This document shows, in pieces, positions 24,043-32,681 of a stretch of 37,476 nucleotides of DNA (the first letter of the stretch is position 1; each line of letters opens with the position of its first letter). Under the pieces are notes generated by a model. That model searched no databases. It worked only from the letters and a program-made list of their open reading frames with translations, and was not told the origin of the DNA. Location: assembly GCA_002297185.1 (NCBI GenBank), contig DBJV01000087.1, positions 1-37,476 of the forward strand, written 5' to 3'. A program made the translations under genes and the position numbers. The stretch is from Christensenella sp. UBA767 (lineage in GTDB: Bacteria; Bacillota; Clostridia; Christensenellales; CAG-917).

Positions 24043-25299
24043 ATGTCATTCAATCCGTTTGAACAAAAACCCGAAAACGTCGAAAAGTTGTTTATCGACT
24101 GGAAAAACATGTATCCGCAAAGCTACTCAAAGCACGACGTGCATCCGTTTACGAAGTTGAGATGTATCCTCACCAACGGCGCGGAATACGAGGCGGTGTG
24201 GTTTTCGCATCAATTCTTCCGTCATTGCTCGGACAACGATTTGAGACGACAACTTGCGCTCGTTAGGCGCAGCGAACAGGCGCAGCAACATATGGGCGCA
24301 TGCCTAAAACCAAAGGACGAAACGGTGCTTGAAACTACGATAGGCTACGAGCAACTTGCCGTGGAACTTACCGCAATGCTTGCCATGCGAGAGCCTGACA
24401 AGCACGTAAAGGACGCGCTCGATTTTGCGCTGCTCGAGGACTTCGATCACTTGTATCGTTATTCTGATTTGCTTGATATGGAGCATGGCGTGCATGCGGA
24501 GGATCTCGTTGGCGAACTTACCGAAATTATGCCTGCTCGCCCGACGATTACGCACCATAGACACCCATACGACGAGGTGAAAAAGCCTATAAACGCAAAA
24601 AAAGCAAGCCCTATAACCAAACTGAACGTTGCCATAATCACGGCGGCGGAGCAGCAGACGATGAACTATTATATGAATCAAAGCGGCTTTTATACGAGCG
24701 ACCTCGGCAGGCGTTTGTATCAGGAAATCGGTATGGTTGAGGAGCAACACGTTTCGCAATACGGCTCTCTTCTCGACGTGAAAGAAGGTTGGCTGGAAGG
24801 TTGGCTCAATCACGAATACACCGAGTGCTACGTCTATTATTCTTGCTACAAAGACGAGACGGACAAGAACATCAAAAAGGTATGGGAAAGATGCCTTTTG
24901 CAAGAGATAGCGCACTTGCATATCGCTGCCGAGTGTCTCAAAAAGTACGGCAAAAAAGAATGGCAGGAAGTTATACCTTGCGGTGAGTTCCCCGAACTGC
25001 TCGCATTCAAATCCACAAAGGATTACGTGCGAAACGTCATCGAAAATACCGTGCAAAATACGGCGTGCAGAGAGGGGTATAAAAACGTGTGCGAGATGCC
25101 CGACGACGCAGACTTTTTCAAGTATCAAAAACTTGTCAACAACAACGTCAAGATGGTGCCGAGCCACAGCGTGATAGACGCACACATAGACAAAGTGGGC
25201 AAAGATTACCGCTATGAAAACGCACCCAATCCCATACCGTCCTTGCGCCAAAGAGACAAAGACAACGCGACTCTCGGAAGAGTGAAAAATTGTAAGTAA
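24043..25299 (+). CDS. Hypothetical protein (418 aa), candidate ferritin-like / diiron-carboxylate fold
   Basis: Repeated helix motifs with carboxylate/His spacing: EYEAVWF, LLEDFDHLY, AAEQQTMNYY, MVEEQHV (ExxH), EYTECYVYY, LQEIAHL (ExxH). The family assignment is tentative. Confidence 0.55.
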   Translation: MSFNPFEQKPENVEKLFIDWKNMYPQSYSKHDVHPFTKLRCILTNGAEYEAVWFSHQFFRHCSDNDLRRQLALVRRSEQAQQHMGACLKPKDETVLETTIGYEQLAVELTAMLAMREPDKHVKDALDFALLEDFDHLYRYSDLLDMEHGVHAEDLVGELTEIMPARPTITHHRHPYDEVKKPINAKKASPITKLNVAIITAAEQQTMNYYMNQSGFYTSDLGRRLYQEIGMVEEQHVSQYGSLLDVKEGWLEGWLNHEYTECYVYYSCYKDETDKNIKKVWERCLLQEIAHLHIAAECLKKYGKKEWQEVIPCGEFPELLAFKSTKDYVRNVIENTVQNTACREGYKNVCEMPDDADFFKYQKLVNNNVKMVPSHSVIDAHIDKVGKDYRYENAPNPIPSLRQRDKDNATLGRVKNCK

Positions 25300-25364
25300 T
25301 CGCAAAACAAATACTTTATTTGCATAAAACTGCAATATAAACATCGTATTTTGTAATAACACCT

Positions 25365-25392
25365 AAACGCTCGTCTGATGACGGGCGTTTTT
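25365..25392 (+). terminator. Intrinsic terminator
   Basis: AAACGCTCGTC-TGAT-GACGGGCGTTTTT. Confidence 0.7.
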
Positions 25393-25458
25393 GCATAGTG
25401 TGATAAATTGAGTTGAAAAAGAGGGAAACGTTTGGTATAATAATTGTAGGTGGTTATT

Positions 25459-26142
25459 ATGGAACTTAACGAAAAGTATTTTCAACCCAAAGACAGCGGT
25501 AGCGATATTGAGACGATAGAGCAGTCGCTTATGCCCGATGAAAAAATCCTTTGGCAAGGCAAACCGCAAAAGAAAGCGTTTGTTCTCAACAACGTTTTTA
25601 AGATGTTGCCCATTGCGCTTGTGTGGATTGTTTTCGACGTGTTTTTCATCGTTATGCTCGCAACGACGGCGGACGGTTTTCCTACCTCGATGATTGCGCC
25701 GATTTGCATATTCTTCGTATTGCATCTCGCGCCCGTGTGGATATGGATATACAAGAGCGTCACAGCAAGCAAACGCCACAAAAACACCGATTACGCATTT
25801 ACCGACAAGCGCATAATTATTCGCAAAGGCACTATTGCCGTTGACTTCAAGAGCATCGAATATAAAGACGTCGTTGCTGTCAATCTTCGTTACGGCGTTA
25901 TAGACCGTCTCGCCAAAGTCGGAGATATCTATATCACCGCCACCGGCAAAGCCTCCGTCCTCGAGGATCTTGAAAATCCCTCCCAAATCGTGAAAATTCT
26001 TCAAGACACTATCTCCCAAACCAAGCAGAACGTGTCCTTCACCGTGGGGGAGAAGGTTTCCTATGTTAAATGCAAGTATTGCGGATGCAAAAACAAGTCA
26101 AGTAATACCGTTTGTTCTTCATGCGGCGCGCCACTCGAATAA
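25459..26142 (+). CDS. Membrane bPH_2 (YdbS/DUF304-like PH domain) protein with C-terminal zinc ribbon
   Basis: RBS AGGTGG 5 nt before the ATG at 25459. Two TM helices, then YAFTDKRIIIRKG...KDVVAVNLRYGVIDRLAKVGDIYI (bacterial PH pattern). The C-terminus is CKYCGC...CSSCG. Confidence 0.65.
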   Translation: MELNEKYFQPKDSGSDIETIEQSLMPDEKILWQGKPQKKAFVLNNVFKMLPIALVWIVFDVFFIVMLATTADGFPTSMIAPICIFFVLHLAPVWIWIYKSVTASKRHKNTDYAFTDKRIIIRKGTIAVDFKSIEYKDVVAVNLRYGVIDRLAKVGDIYITATGKASVLEDLENPSQIVKILQDTISQTKQNVSFTVGEKVSYVKCKYCGCKNKSSNTVCSSCGAPLE

Positions 26143-26266
26143 AGCGCCCAAACAGCGACTAACTTTGTCAGCACCCCGAGTTTCGCAAATCACGTACGTT
26201 TTAGTACGTTGGGTTTGCGCTCCTCGGGGTGCTTTCGCGTTATTCATCTGTTTGGACGCTTTATTC
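26137..26266. repeat. 130-nt imperfect palindrome (long hairpin) that starts inside the last codons of the upstream gene
   Basis: The outer arms GAATAAAGCGCCCAAACAG (26137-26155) and CTGTTTGGACGCTTTATTC (26248-26266) have 1 mismatch. The inner arms AGCACCCCGAG (26170-26180) and CTCGGGGTGCT (26223-26233) are perfect. The apex is ACGTAC...GTACGT around 26201. Confidence 0.8.
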
Positions 26267-26289
26267 ACATAGAGAGTATTCTAGACGTT

Positions 26290-26399
26290 ATTTCCATGCT
26301 TAATGAAAAGTGGAATATTCCATATTCGCTACGCTGGATTCCCACGCTACGCTCGGAATGACAAAAGGGTGGGACACCCACACCCGAACAGTATAAGGC
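26290..26399 (-). repeat. Mosaic tract 5: modules E and F in inverted orientation
   Basis: The reverse complement of 26334-26363 reads TGTCATTCCGAGCGTAGCGTGGGAATCCAG. The reverse complement of about 26368-26388 reads CGGGTGTGGGTGTCCCACCC (the F module). GGAATATTCC lies at 26312-26321. Confidence 0.8.
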
Positions 26400-26400
26400 A

Positions 26401-26445
26401 TCGGATATTCCAAAATTATTAATTATTAACTATTAATTATTAATT
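26401..26445 (+). repeat. Mosaic module C, copy 3, with the hairpin precisely missing
   Basis: TCGGATA-TTCCAAAATTATTAATTATTAACTATTAATTATTAATT equals the copy at 1-55 minus AGGCTCCGCC. Lies about 100 nt upstream of the GH3 gene. Confidence 0.8.
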
Positions 26446-26547
26446 CCTTAAAATTCACTATGGACATTTGGGCGGATATCAAATACAATATATTTGATAT
26501 ATCGTTGAAATTGCAGGGCGAGGGGCTTTGCAAGAGGGTTGATAAAA

Positions 26548-29085
26548 ATGAGTTTGATTTCAAAAATAGTCAATTTGTTCTCGCCGACCGCACAAAAGAC
26601 GGGGGCAGGGGACAACAATAAAATGGCGGTTACGTCAAAGCCGATGAGAGATACTGCTCGCGCGCTTGCGGCGGAGGGTATCGTATTGCTCAAAAACGAG
26701 GGCGTTTTGCCAATAAAAGAGAGCGACGAAGTGGCTGTGTTCGGGCGCACGCAATACAATTATTTTTGCGTGGGTTACGGCTCGGGCGGCGACGTGAAAG
26801 CGCCCTACAAAATGAGTTTTGCGGACGGACTTAAGGTTTGCGACAAGATAAAGGTAAACGAGTATCTTGACAAGATTTATGCCGAGTGGTGCGAAAAGCA
26901 CGTTCCCGACGAGGGATTTTGGGGGCATTGGCCGTTTTGTTTTGAGGAAATGCCGCTAACTTCCGATATCGTCCAAAAGGCAAGAGAGACGAGCAATATC
27001 GCAATCGTCGTGATTGGCAGAGCCGCTGGCGAGGACAGAGAGCAAAAGTTGAAGGGCGGAAGTTTTCTTCTCAGCGACGACGAGCTTAAGATGATTGACC
27101 TTGTGCGCAAATACTTTGAAAAGGTGGTGCTTGTTCTCGACACGGGCAACGTCATCGAATTTGACGATATAGAAATATTCGGAGACGATATATCCGCCGT
27201 GGTGCTTGCTTGGCAGGGCGGTATGGAAAGCGGAAACGCGCTTTGCGACGTGCTTTGCGGAAAGGTCAATCCCTCGGGAAGGCTTACGGACAGCATTGCG
27301 AGAAGGTATATTTTCTATCCGTCGGCAAGCGAGTTCGGACACAAAAAATACAACAATTACGTTGAAGATATATTCGTCGGATACAGATATTTTGAGTCCT
27401 TTGCGAAAAACGAAGTGTTGTATCCCTTCGGCTTTGGACTCTCATATACGACTTTCGATATAAGCGCAACTCTCGAAAAAGTGGCGGACGGAGTGAAGAT
27501 TGTCGCAACCGTAAAAAACGTGGGTAGCGTTGCAGGAAAAACCGTCGTGCAAGCGTACGTGCGCGCGCCGCAAAACGTTATGGTCAAACCTACAAGAGAA
27601 CTAAAAACGTTTGCAAAAACCAAACTTCTCGAACCAAACGAAGAGCAGACGATTGAGATGTGTATAGACGAGTACGCCTTGTCATCTTACGACGACGAGG
27701 GGCTTACGGGGTACAAAGCGTGCTGGGTGATGGAGGACGGCGAATACGAATTTTTTGTCGGCGAAAACGTGCGAGACGCAGCGAGTATAGGCAGTGTGCG
27801 CTTTGATAAAAAGGCAACCAAAGAATGCCACACGGCGTGTGCGCCAAAATACGATTTGACGGTGCTTGAGAGTTATGACAGCCTCCTCAACAGCGCGGAA
27901 GATTATGCGCAACTGATGAAGTATAACACGCTTGCGGACTTCCAATCCGACGTGTATAAAATGGACGCAGACGACGCCGAAGTGTACCTCAACAAGTTTG
28001 AAAATATGATAAAGGCGCATGAGTGGAAATGCACTCAAAAGCATGCGCAAACGGGCTATCTCAAAGAGCGTATAGAACGCAATATGCCGACGGAGATTGC
28101 GCAAAACAAGGACTTAAAGATATCGTTTGATGACGTTAAACGTGGGATTGTGACGGTTGACGAGTTTATATCCACGCTGTCGGACGAGGACTTGGAGACG
28201 CTTTGCCACGGCGATTTGAGAATGAACAGTTCGCTCGGGGCGAAAGGAAATGCAGGCGCGTTCGGCGGTATAAGCGACAGTCTCAAAACAAAGGGCGTGC
28301 CGTGCGCAATCACTACGGACGGACCTAGTGGAATAAGGCTTTGCGCAAAGGCGTCGTTGCTGCCTTGCGGCAGCGCGATTGCGTCGTCTTGGAATGAGGA
28401 ACTTGCTCAAAAGTTGTATTCGCTCGTCGCGCTCGAAATGAAAGAAAAGGGTTCGGATGTGCTTTTGGCACCCGGGATAAACATACATCGCAACGTGCTT
28501 TGCGGAAGAAACTTCGAATACTTGTCGGAAGATCCATATCTTACGGGCAAGATGGCAAGCGCAATCGTGAGAGGCATACAAGCGGAGGGCGGAGCGAGTT
28601 GCGTAAAGCATTTTGCTTGCAACAATCAAGAGAAGGCACGATATATAAATGATTCGCGCGTGAGCGAGCGCGCGCTGCGCGAGATATACCTCAAAGGATT
28701 TGAAATCTGCGTGAAAGAGGCAAATCCCAAAGCGATTATGACTTCCTACAACAAAATTAACGGGGTGTATTCCTACCATAATTACGACCTTTGCACGACT
28801 ATTTTGCGAGGCGAGTGGGGATATAAGAATCTCGTTATGACAGACTGGTGGACGAGGAAGGCAAAGAATCCCGACTTCAAGGGGGTTGACGACAATGCGT
28901 ACAGGGTGCGCGCGCAGGTGGACGTGCTTATGCCCGGCGGCTCGAGAGTGAGAGGCAAGTACGACGGCTCGACGCTCAAATCGCTAAAGAGGGGCGGACT
29001 TAAACGCGCGGAACTGCAACGTACCGCAAGAAACGTGCTTAACTTCCTTTTGAGCATCGACAAGAGTGAGGGCGAAGAGGAATAA
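26548..29085 (+). CDS. Glycoside hydrolase family 3 (beta-glucosidase/xylosidase-like) with permuted domain order
   Basis: The N-terminal part resembles the GH3 C-terminal alpha/beta sandwich (VLLKNEGVLPI, IVVIGRAAGEDRE, WQGGMESGNALCDVLCGKVNPSGRL). An Fn3-like region follows (LYPFGFGLSYTTF, VKNVGSVAGKTVVQAYV). The (beta/alpha)8 catalytic domain is at the C-terminus (KHFACNNQE, MTSYNKINGVY, NLVMTDWW with the nucleophile Asp). ATG 26548 (RBS AGAGGG) is preferred over TTG 26539. Confidence 0.8.
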   Translation: MSLISKIVNLFSPTAQKTGAGDNNKMAVTSKPMRDTARALAAEGIVLLKNEGVLPIKESDEVAVFGRTQYNYFCVGYGSGGDVKAPYKMSFADGLKVCDKIKVNEYLDKIYAEWCEKHVPDEGFWGHWPFCFEEMPLTSDIVQKARETSNIAIVVIGRAAGEDREQKLKGGSFLLSDDELKMIDLVRKYFEKVVLVLDTGNVIEFDDIEIFGDDISAVVLAWQGGMESGNALCDVLCGKVNPSGRLTDSIARRYIFYPSASEFGHKKYNNYVEDIFVGYRYFESFAKNEVLYPFGFGLSYTTFDISATLEKVADGVKIVATVKNVGSVAGKTVVQAYVRAPQNVMVKPTRELKTFAKTKLLEPNEEQTIEMCIDEYALSSYDDEGLTGYKACWVMEDGEYEFFVGENVRDAASIGSVRFDKKATKECHTACAPKYDLTVLESYDSLLNSAEDYAQLMKYNTLADFQSDVYKMDADDAEVYLNKFENMIKAHEWKCTQKHAQTGYLKERIERNMPTEIAQNKDLKISFDDVKRGIVTVDEFISTLSDEDLETLCHGDLRMNSSLGAKGNAGAFGGISDSLKTKGVPCAITTDGPSGIRLCAKASLLPCGSAIASSWNEELAQKLYSLVALEMKEKGSDVLLAPGINIHRNVLCGRNFEYLSEDPYLTGKMASAIVRGIQAEGGASCVKHFACNNQEKARYINDSRVSERALREIYLKGFEICVKEANPKAIMTSYNKINGVYSYHNYDLCTTILRGEWGYKNLVMTDWWTRKAKNPDFKGVDDNAYRVRAQVDVLMPGGSRVRGKYDGSTLKSLKRGGLKRAELQRTARNVLNFLLSIDKSEGEEE

Positions 29086-29170
29086 AGACAAAGAATACAA
29101 TAATCATACAACTACGATAAATTGTCTTGAAATTTGTATGTTTTTTCCTGAAAATATACGTGCAAACGGC

Positions 29171-29199
29171 TTGACACGAAATGCGTGTGTAGATATAAT
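29171..29199 (+). promoter_or_regulatory. Consensus sigma-A type promoter of adhE
   Basis: TTGACA (29171-29176), 17-nt spacer, TATAAT (29194-29199). Confidence 0.75.
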
Positions 29200-29203
29200 T
29201 ATA

Positions 29204-29250
29204 TCGATAAATAGTTATCGAATATTTAACCTAAAATAATCGATAACTCA
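29204..29250 (+). promoter_or_regulatory. Candidate operator: inverted repeat TCGATAA-N4-TTATCGA plus a third ATCGATAA half-site in the adhE leader
   Basis: The inverted repeat lies at 29204-29221, immediately downstream of the -10 box. ATCGATAAC repeats at 29239-29247. Confidence 0.5.
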
Positions 29251-29285
29251 AAAATTTGACAAACACGTATAGGAGAGAACAAGAA

Positions 29286-31901
29286 ATGGAAGCAAGAAAC
29301 CGTATTGTTGACGGAGTCGAAAAACTCGAAGAGGCTATCGCAGCCGTGCGCAAAGCTCAAAGAGAATATGCGACCTACACGCAAGAGCAAGTGGATAAAA
29401 TCTTTTTTGCAGCTGCAACCGCGGCAAACAAAATGAGAATACCTCTTGCAAAACTCGCAGTCGAAGAGACGGGCATGGGCATCGTCGAGGACAAGGTTAT
29501 CAAAAACCACTATGCGTCCGAATATATCTACAATGCCTACAAGAACACCAAGACTTGCGGAATAATCGAAGAGGACAAGGCTTACGGCACTATCAAGATC
29601 GCAGAGCCTCTCGGAATTATCGGCGCGGTTATCCCCACAACGAACCCGACCTCTACCGCAATCTTTAAGACGCTCATTGCTCTTAAGACGAGAAACGGCA
29701 TCATCATCAGCCCGCACCCCAGAGCGAAGAAATCCACCATTGCGGCGGCAAAAGTCGTACTCGAGGCGGCAGTTGAGGCAGGCGCACCCGAAAACATCAT
29801 TGATTGGATTGATATCCCCAGCCTCGAAATGACAAACCTTCTTATGAAAGAGTCGGATATCATTTTGGCAACGGGCGGTCCCGGTATGGTCAAAGCGGCG
29901 TATTCCAGCGGAAAGCCGGCACTCGGCGTTGGCGCAGGCAATACTCCTGCAATCATCGACGATACGGCAGACGTGGTGCTTGCGGTGAACTCCATTATCC
30001 ACTCCAAGACGTTTGACAACGGTATGATTTGCGCAAGCGAACAATCCGTTATCGTACTTGACAATGTATATAAAGCGGCAAAGAAAGAATTTGCAGACAG
30101 AGGTTGCTACTTCCTCAATCCCGAAGAGACGGAGAAGGTGCGTAAGACAATCCTCATCAACGGCGCACTCAATGCAAAAATCGTCGGACAAAAGCCCGTT
30201 ACGATTGCGAAACTTGCAGGATTCGACGTGCCGGAAAAAACGAAAATCCTTATCGGCGAAGTGGAAAGCGTCGATATCAGCGAAGAATTCGCACACGAAA
30301 AACTCTCACCGGTGCTTGCGATGTACAAAGCCAAAGACATTCAGGACGCATTCAATAAAGCAGAGCGTCTCGTTGCCGACGGCGGATACGGACATACGTC
30401 CTCTATTTATCTCAACGCCGTGACCGAAAGAGCAAAAATCGACGAATTTGCGTCAAGAATGAAAACTTGCCGTATCCTCGTCAACACTCCGTCCTCACAA
30501 GGCGGTATCGGAGACTTGTACAACTTCAAACTTACGCCGTCGCTCACGCTCGGCTGCGGTTCGTGGGGTGGTAACTCCGTATCCGAAAACGTCGGCGTCA
30601 AACATTTGCTCAATATCAAAACGGTTGCCCAAAGGAGAGAAAATATGCTATGGTTCAGAGCGCCTCAAAAGGTGTATATGAAGAAGGGTTGCTTGCCCGT
30701 TGCTCTTGACGAACTCAAACACGTTATGGGCAAAAAGAAAGCGTTTATCGTTACAGACAGTTTCTTGTATAACAACGGATATACAAAGCCCATCACGGAC
30801 AAACTCGACGAAATGGGCATCCAACACACCACGTTCTTTGACGTCGCTCCCGACCCGACGCTTGCTTGCGCAAAAGAAGGCGCAGCACAAATGGCGGCGT
30901 TCAAGCCCGATTGCATCATCGCACTCGGCGGCGGCAGCGCAATGGACGCAGGTAAGATTATGTGGGTGATGTACGAACATCCCGAAGTTGACTTCCTCGA
31001 TATGGCAATGCGCTTTATGGATATCAGAAAGCGTGTTTATACCTTCCCCAAGATGGGCGAGAAAGCGTACTTCATCGCAATCCCGACTTCTGCAGGTACA
31101 GGCTCCGAAGTTACTCCGTTTGCGGTTATCACGGACGAGAAAACGGGCGTTAAGTATCCGCTTGCGGACTACGAACTCTTGCCGAACATGGCAATCATCG
31201 ACGCAGACTTCCATATGAGCGCACCGAAAGGTCTTACGGCAGCCAGCGGTATCGACGCAGTTACGCACGACCTCGAGGCAATTGCGGCAATGCTCGCAAC
31301 GGACTATACGGACGGTCTTGCAATGCGTTCGCTCAAGATGATATTCGAATACTTGCCCAGAGCTTACGACAACGGTCCCAACGACCCCGTCGCAAGAGAG
31401 AAAATGGCAAATGCGGCAACTATGGCAGGTATGGCGTTTGCAAACGCATTCCTCGGCGTATGCCACTCTATGGCACACAAACTCGGTGCGTTCCATCACC
31501 TTCCGCACGGCGTAGCCAATGCGCTTATGATTGACGAAGTGTTGCGCTTTAACGCTTGCGAAACTCCCGTCAAGATGGGTACTTTCCCGCAATACGGATA
31601 TCCGCACACGCTCGCAAGATACGCAGAAGTTGCAGATTATCTCGGAATCAAAGGCAAGAACGACAACGAAAAACTTGAAAACCTTATCAAAGCCATCGAC
31701 GAATTGAAGGCAAGAGTTGGTATCAAGCCGACCATCAGAGATTACGTCCCCGACGAACAAGACTTCCTCAATCGTCTCGACGCTATGGTGGAGCAAGCCT
31801 TTGACGATCAATGCACGGGCGCAAACCCGAGATATCCGCTTATGAGCGAAATCAAACAAATGTATCTCAACGCCTACTACGGCACACATACAGAGGTATA
31901 A
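29286..31901 (+). CDS. adhE: Bifunctional acetaldehyde-CoA / alcohol dehydrogenase
   Basis: 871 aa from the ATG at 29286 (RBS AGGAGAG). An N-terminal ALDH domain (catalytic-Cys context FDNGMICASEQS) and a C-terminal iron-ADH domain (GGGSAMDAGK, HSMAHKLGAFHHLPHG). Confidence 0.95.
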   Translation: MEARNRIVDGVEKLEEAIAAVRKAQREYATYTQEQVDKIFFAAATAANKMRIPLAKLAVEETGMGIVEDKVIKNHYASEYIYNAYKNTKTCGIIEEDKAYGTIKIAEPLGIIGAVIPTTNPTSTAIFKTLIALKTRNGIIISPHPRAKKSTIAAAKVVLEAAVEAGAPENIIDWIDIPSLEMTNLLMKESDIILATGGPGMVKAAYSSGKPALGVGAGNTPAIIDDTADVVLAVNSIIHSKTFDNGMICASEQSVIVLDNVYKAAKKEFADRGCYFLNPEETEKVRKTILINGALNAKIVGQKPVTIAKLAGFDVPEKTKILIGEVESVDISEEFAHEKLSPVLAMYKAKDIQDAFNKAERLVADGGYGHTSSIYLNAVTERAKIDEFASRMKTCRILVNTPSSQGGIGDLYNFKLTPSLTLGCGSWGGNSVSENVGVKHLLNIKTVAQRRENMLWFRAPQKVYMKKGCLPVALDELKHVMGKKKAFIVTDSFLYNNGYTKPITDKLDEMGIQHTTFFDVAPDPTLACAKEGAAQMAAFKPDCIIALGGGSAMDAGKIMWVMYEHPEVDFLDMAMRFMDIRKRVYTFPKMGEKAYFIAIPTSAGTGSEVTPFAVITDEKTGVKYPLADYELLPNMAIIDADFHMSAPKGLTAASGIDAVTHDLEAIAAMLATDYTDGLAMRSLKMIFEYLPRAYDNGPNDPVAREKMANAATMAGMAFANAFLGVCHSMAHKLGAFHHLPHGVANALMIDEVLRFNACETPVKMGTFPQYGYPHTLARYAEVADYLGIKGKNDNEKLENLIKAIDELKARVGIKPTIRDYVPDEQDFLNRLDAMVEQAFDDQCTGANPRYPLMSEIKQMYLNAYYGTHTEV

Positions 31902-31911
31902 GGAGGAGAAT

Positions 31912-32661
31912 ATGAATCTCGACAGAATTATTGCCGTGAGAACCAACAAGACCGTTTATCGCGACGGCGAGCATTGCGTAAAGGTGTTCGACGAGGATTT
32001 TTCCAAAGTCGATGTCCTTAACGAGGCTCTTAACCAAGCGAGAGTGGAAGAGACGGGACTCAACGTGCCTAAAATCATCGAAGTTACCAAAGTCAACGGC
32101 AAATGGGCTATCGTATCCGAGTTTATCGGCGGAAAGACGCTCGACAGACTTATGAAAGACAACCCTGAAAAGAAAGACGAGTATCTTGAAAGATTCGTGG
32201 ATTTGCAAATAGAAGTGCAATCCAAAAAATGCCCGTTGCTTACCAAACTTCGCGACAAGATGAACAGAAAAATCAACTTGACGAATTTGGACGACAGCAT
32301 TAAATACGAGTTGCACACTCGCCTCGAGGGTATGCCAAAGCACGACAAGTTGTGCCACGGCGACTTCAACCCGTCCAATATCATTATCACGGGCGACGAC
32401 GAGGCTTACGTCATCGACTGGTCGCACGCAACTCAAGGCAATGCGTCTGCGGACGTTGCGAGAACTTATATGCTTTTCTGGCTTGACGGCGAAATCGATA
32501 TGGCTGAAAAATATCTCGATTTGTTCTGCAAAAAGAGCGGAACGGACAAGAGATATGTCCAAAAATGGATGCCTATCGTTGCGGCGTCGCAATCGGTAAA
32601 AGGTCACGAAAAAGAAAGAGAATTCCTTATGTCTTGGATTGACGTGGCGGAGTTCCAATAA
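31912..32661 (+). CDS. APH/choline-kinase-fold phosphotransferase (protein-kinase-like), substrate unknown
   Basis: 249 aa. Begins 10 nt after the adhE stop, behind AGGAGGAG. Lys motif HCVKVF, catalytic loop LCHGDFNPSNIII (HxDxxxxN) and metal loop VIDWSHA. Confidence 0.7.
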   Translation: MNLDRIIAVRTNKTVYRDGEHCVKVFDEDFSKVDVLNEALNQARVEETGLNVPKIIEVTKVNGKWAIVSEFIGGKTLDRLMKDNPEKKDEYLERFVDLQIEVQSKKCPLLTKLRDKMNRKINLTNLDDSIKYELHTRLEGMPKHDKLCHGDFNPSNIIITGDDEAYVIDWSHATQGNASADVARTYMLFWLDGEIDMAEKYLDLFCKKSGTDKRYVQKWMPIVAASQSVKGHEKEREFLMSWIDVAEFQ

Positions 32662-32681
32662 TAAACGAGAGGGAATAAATT

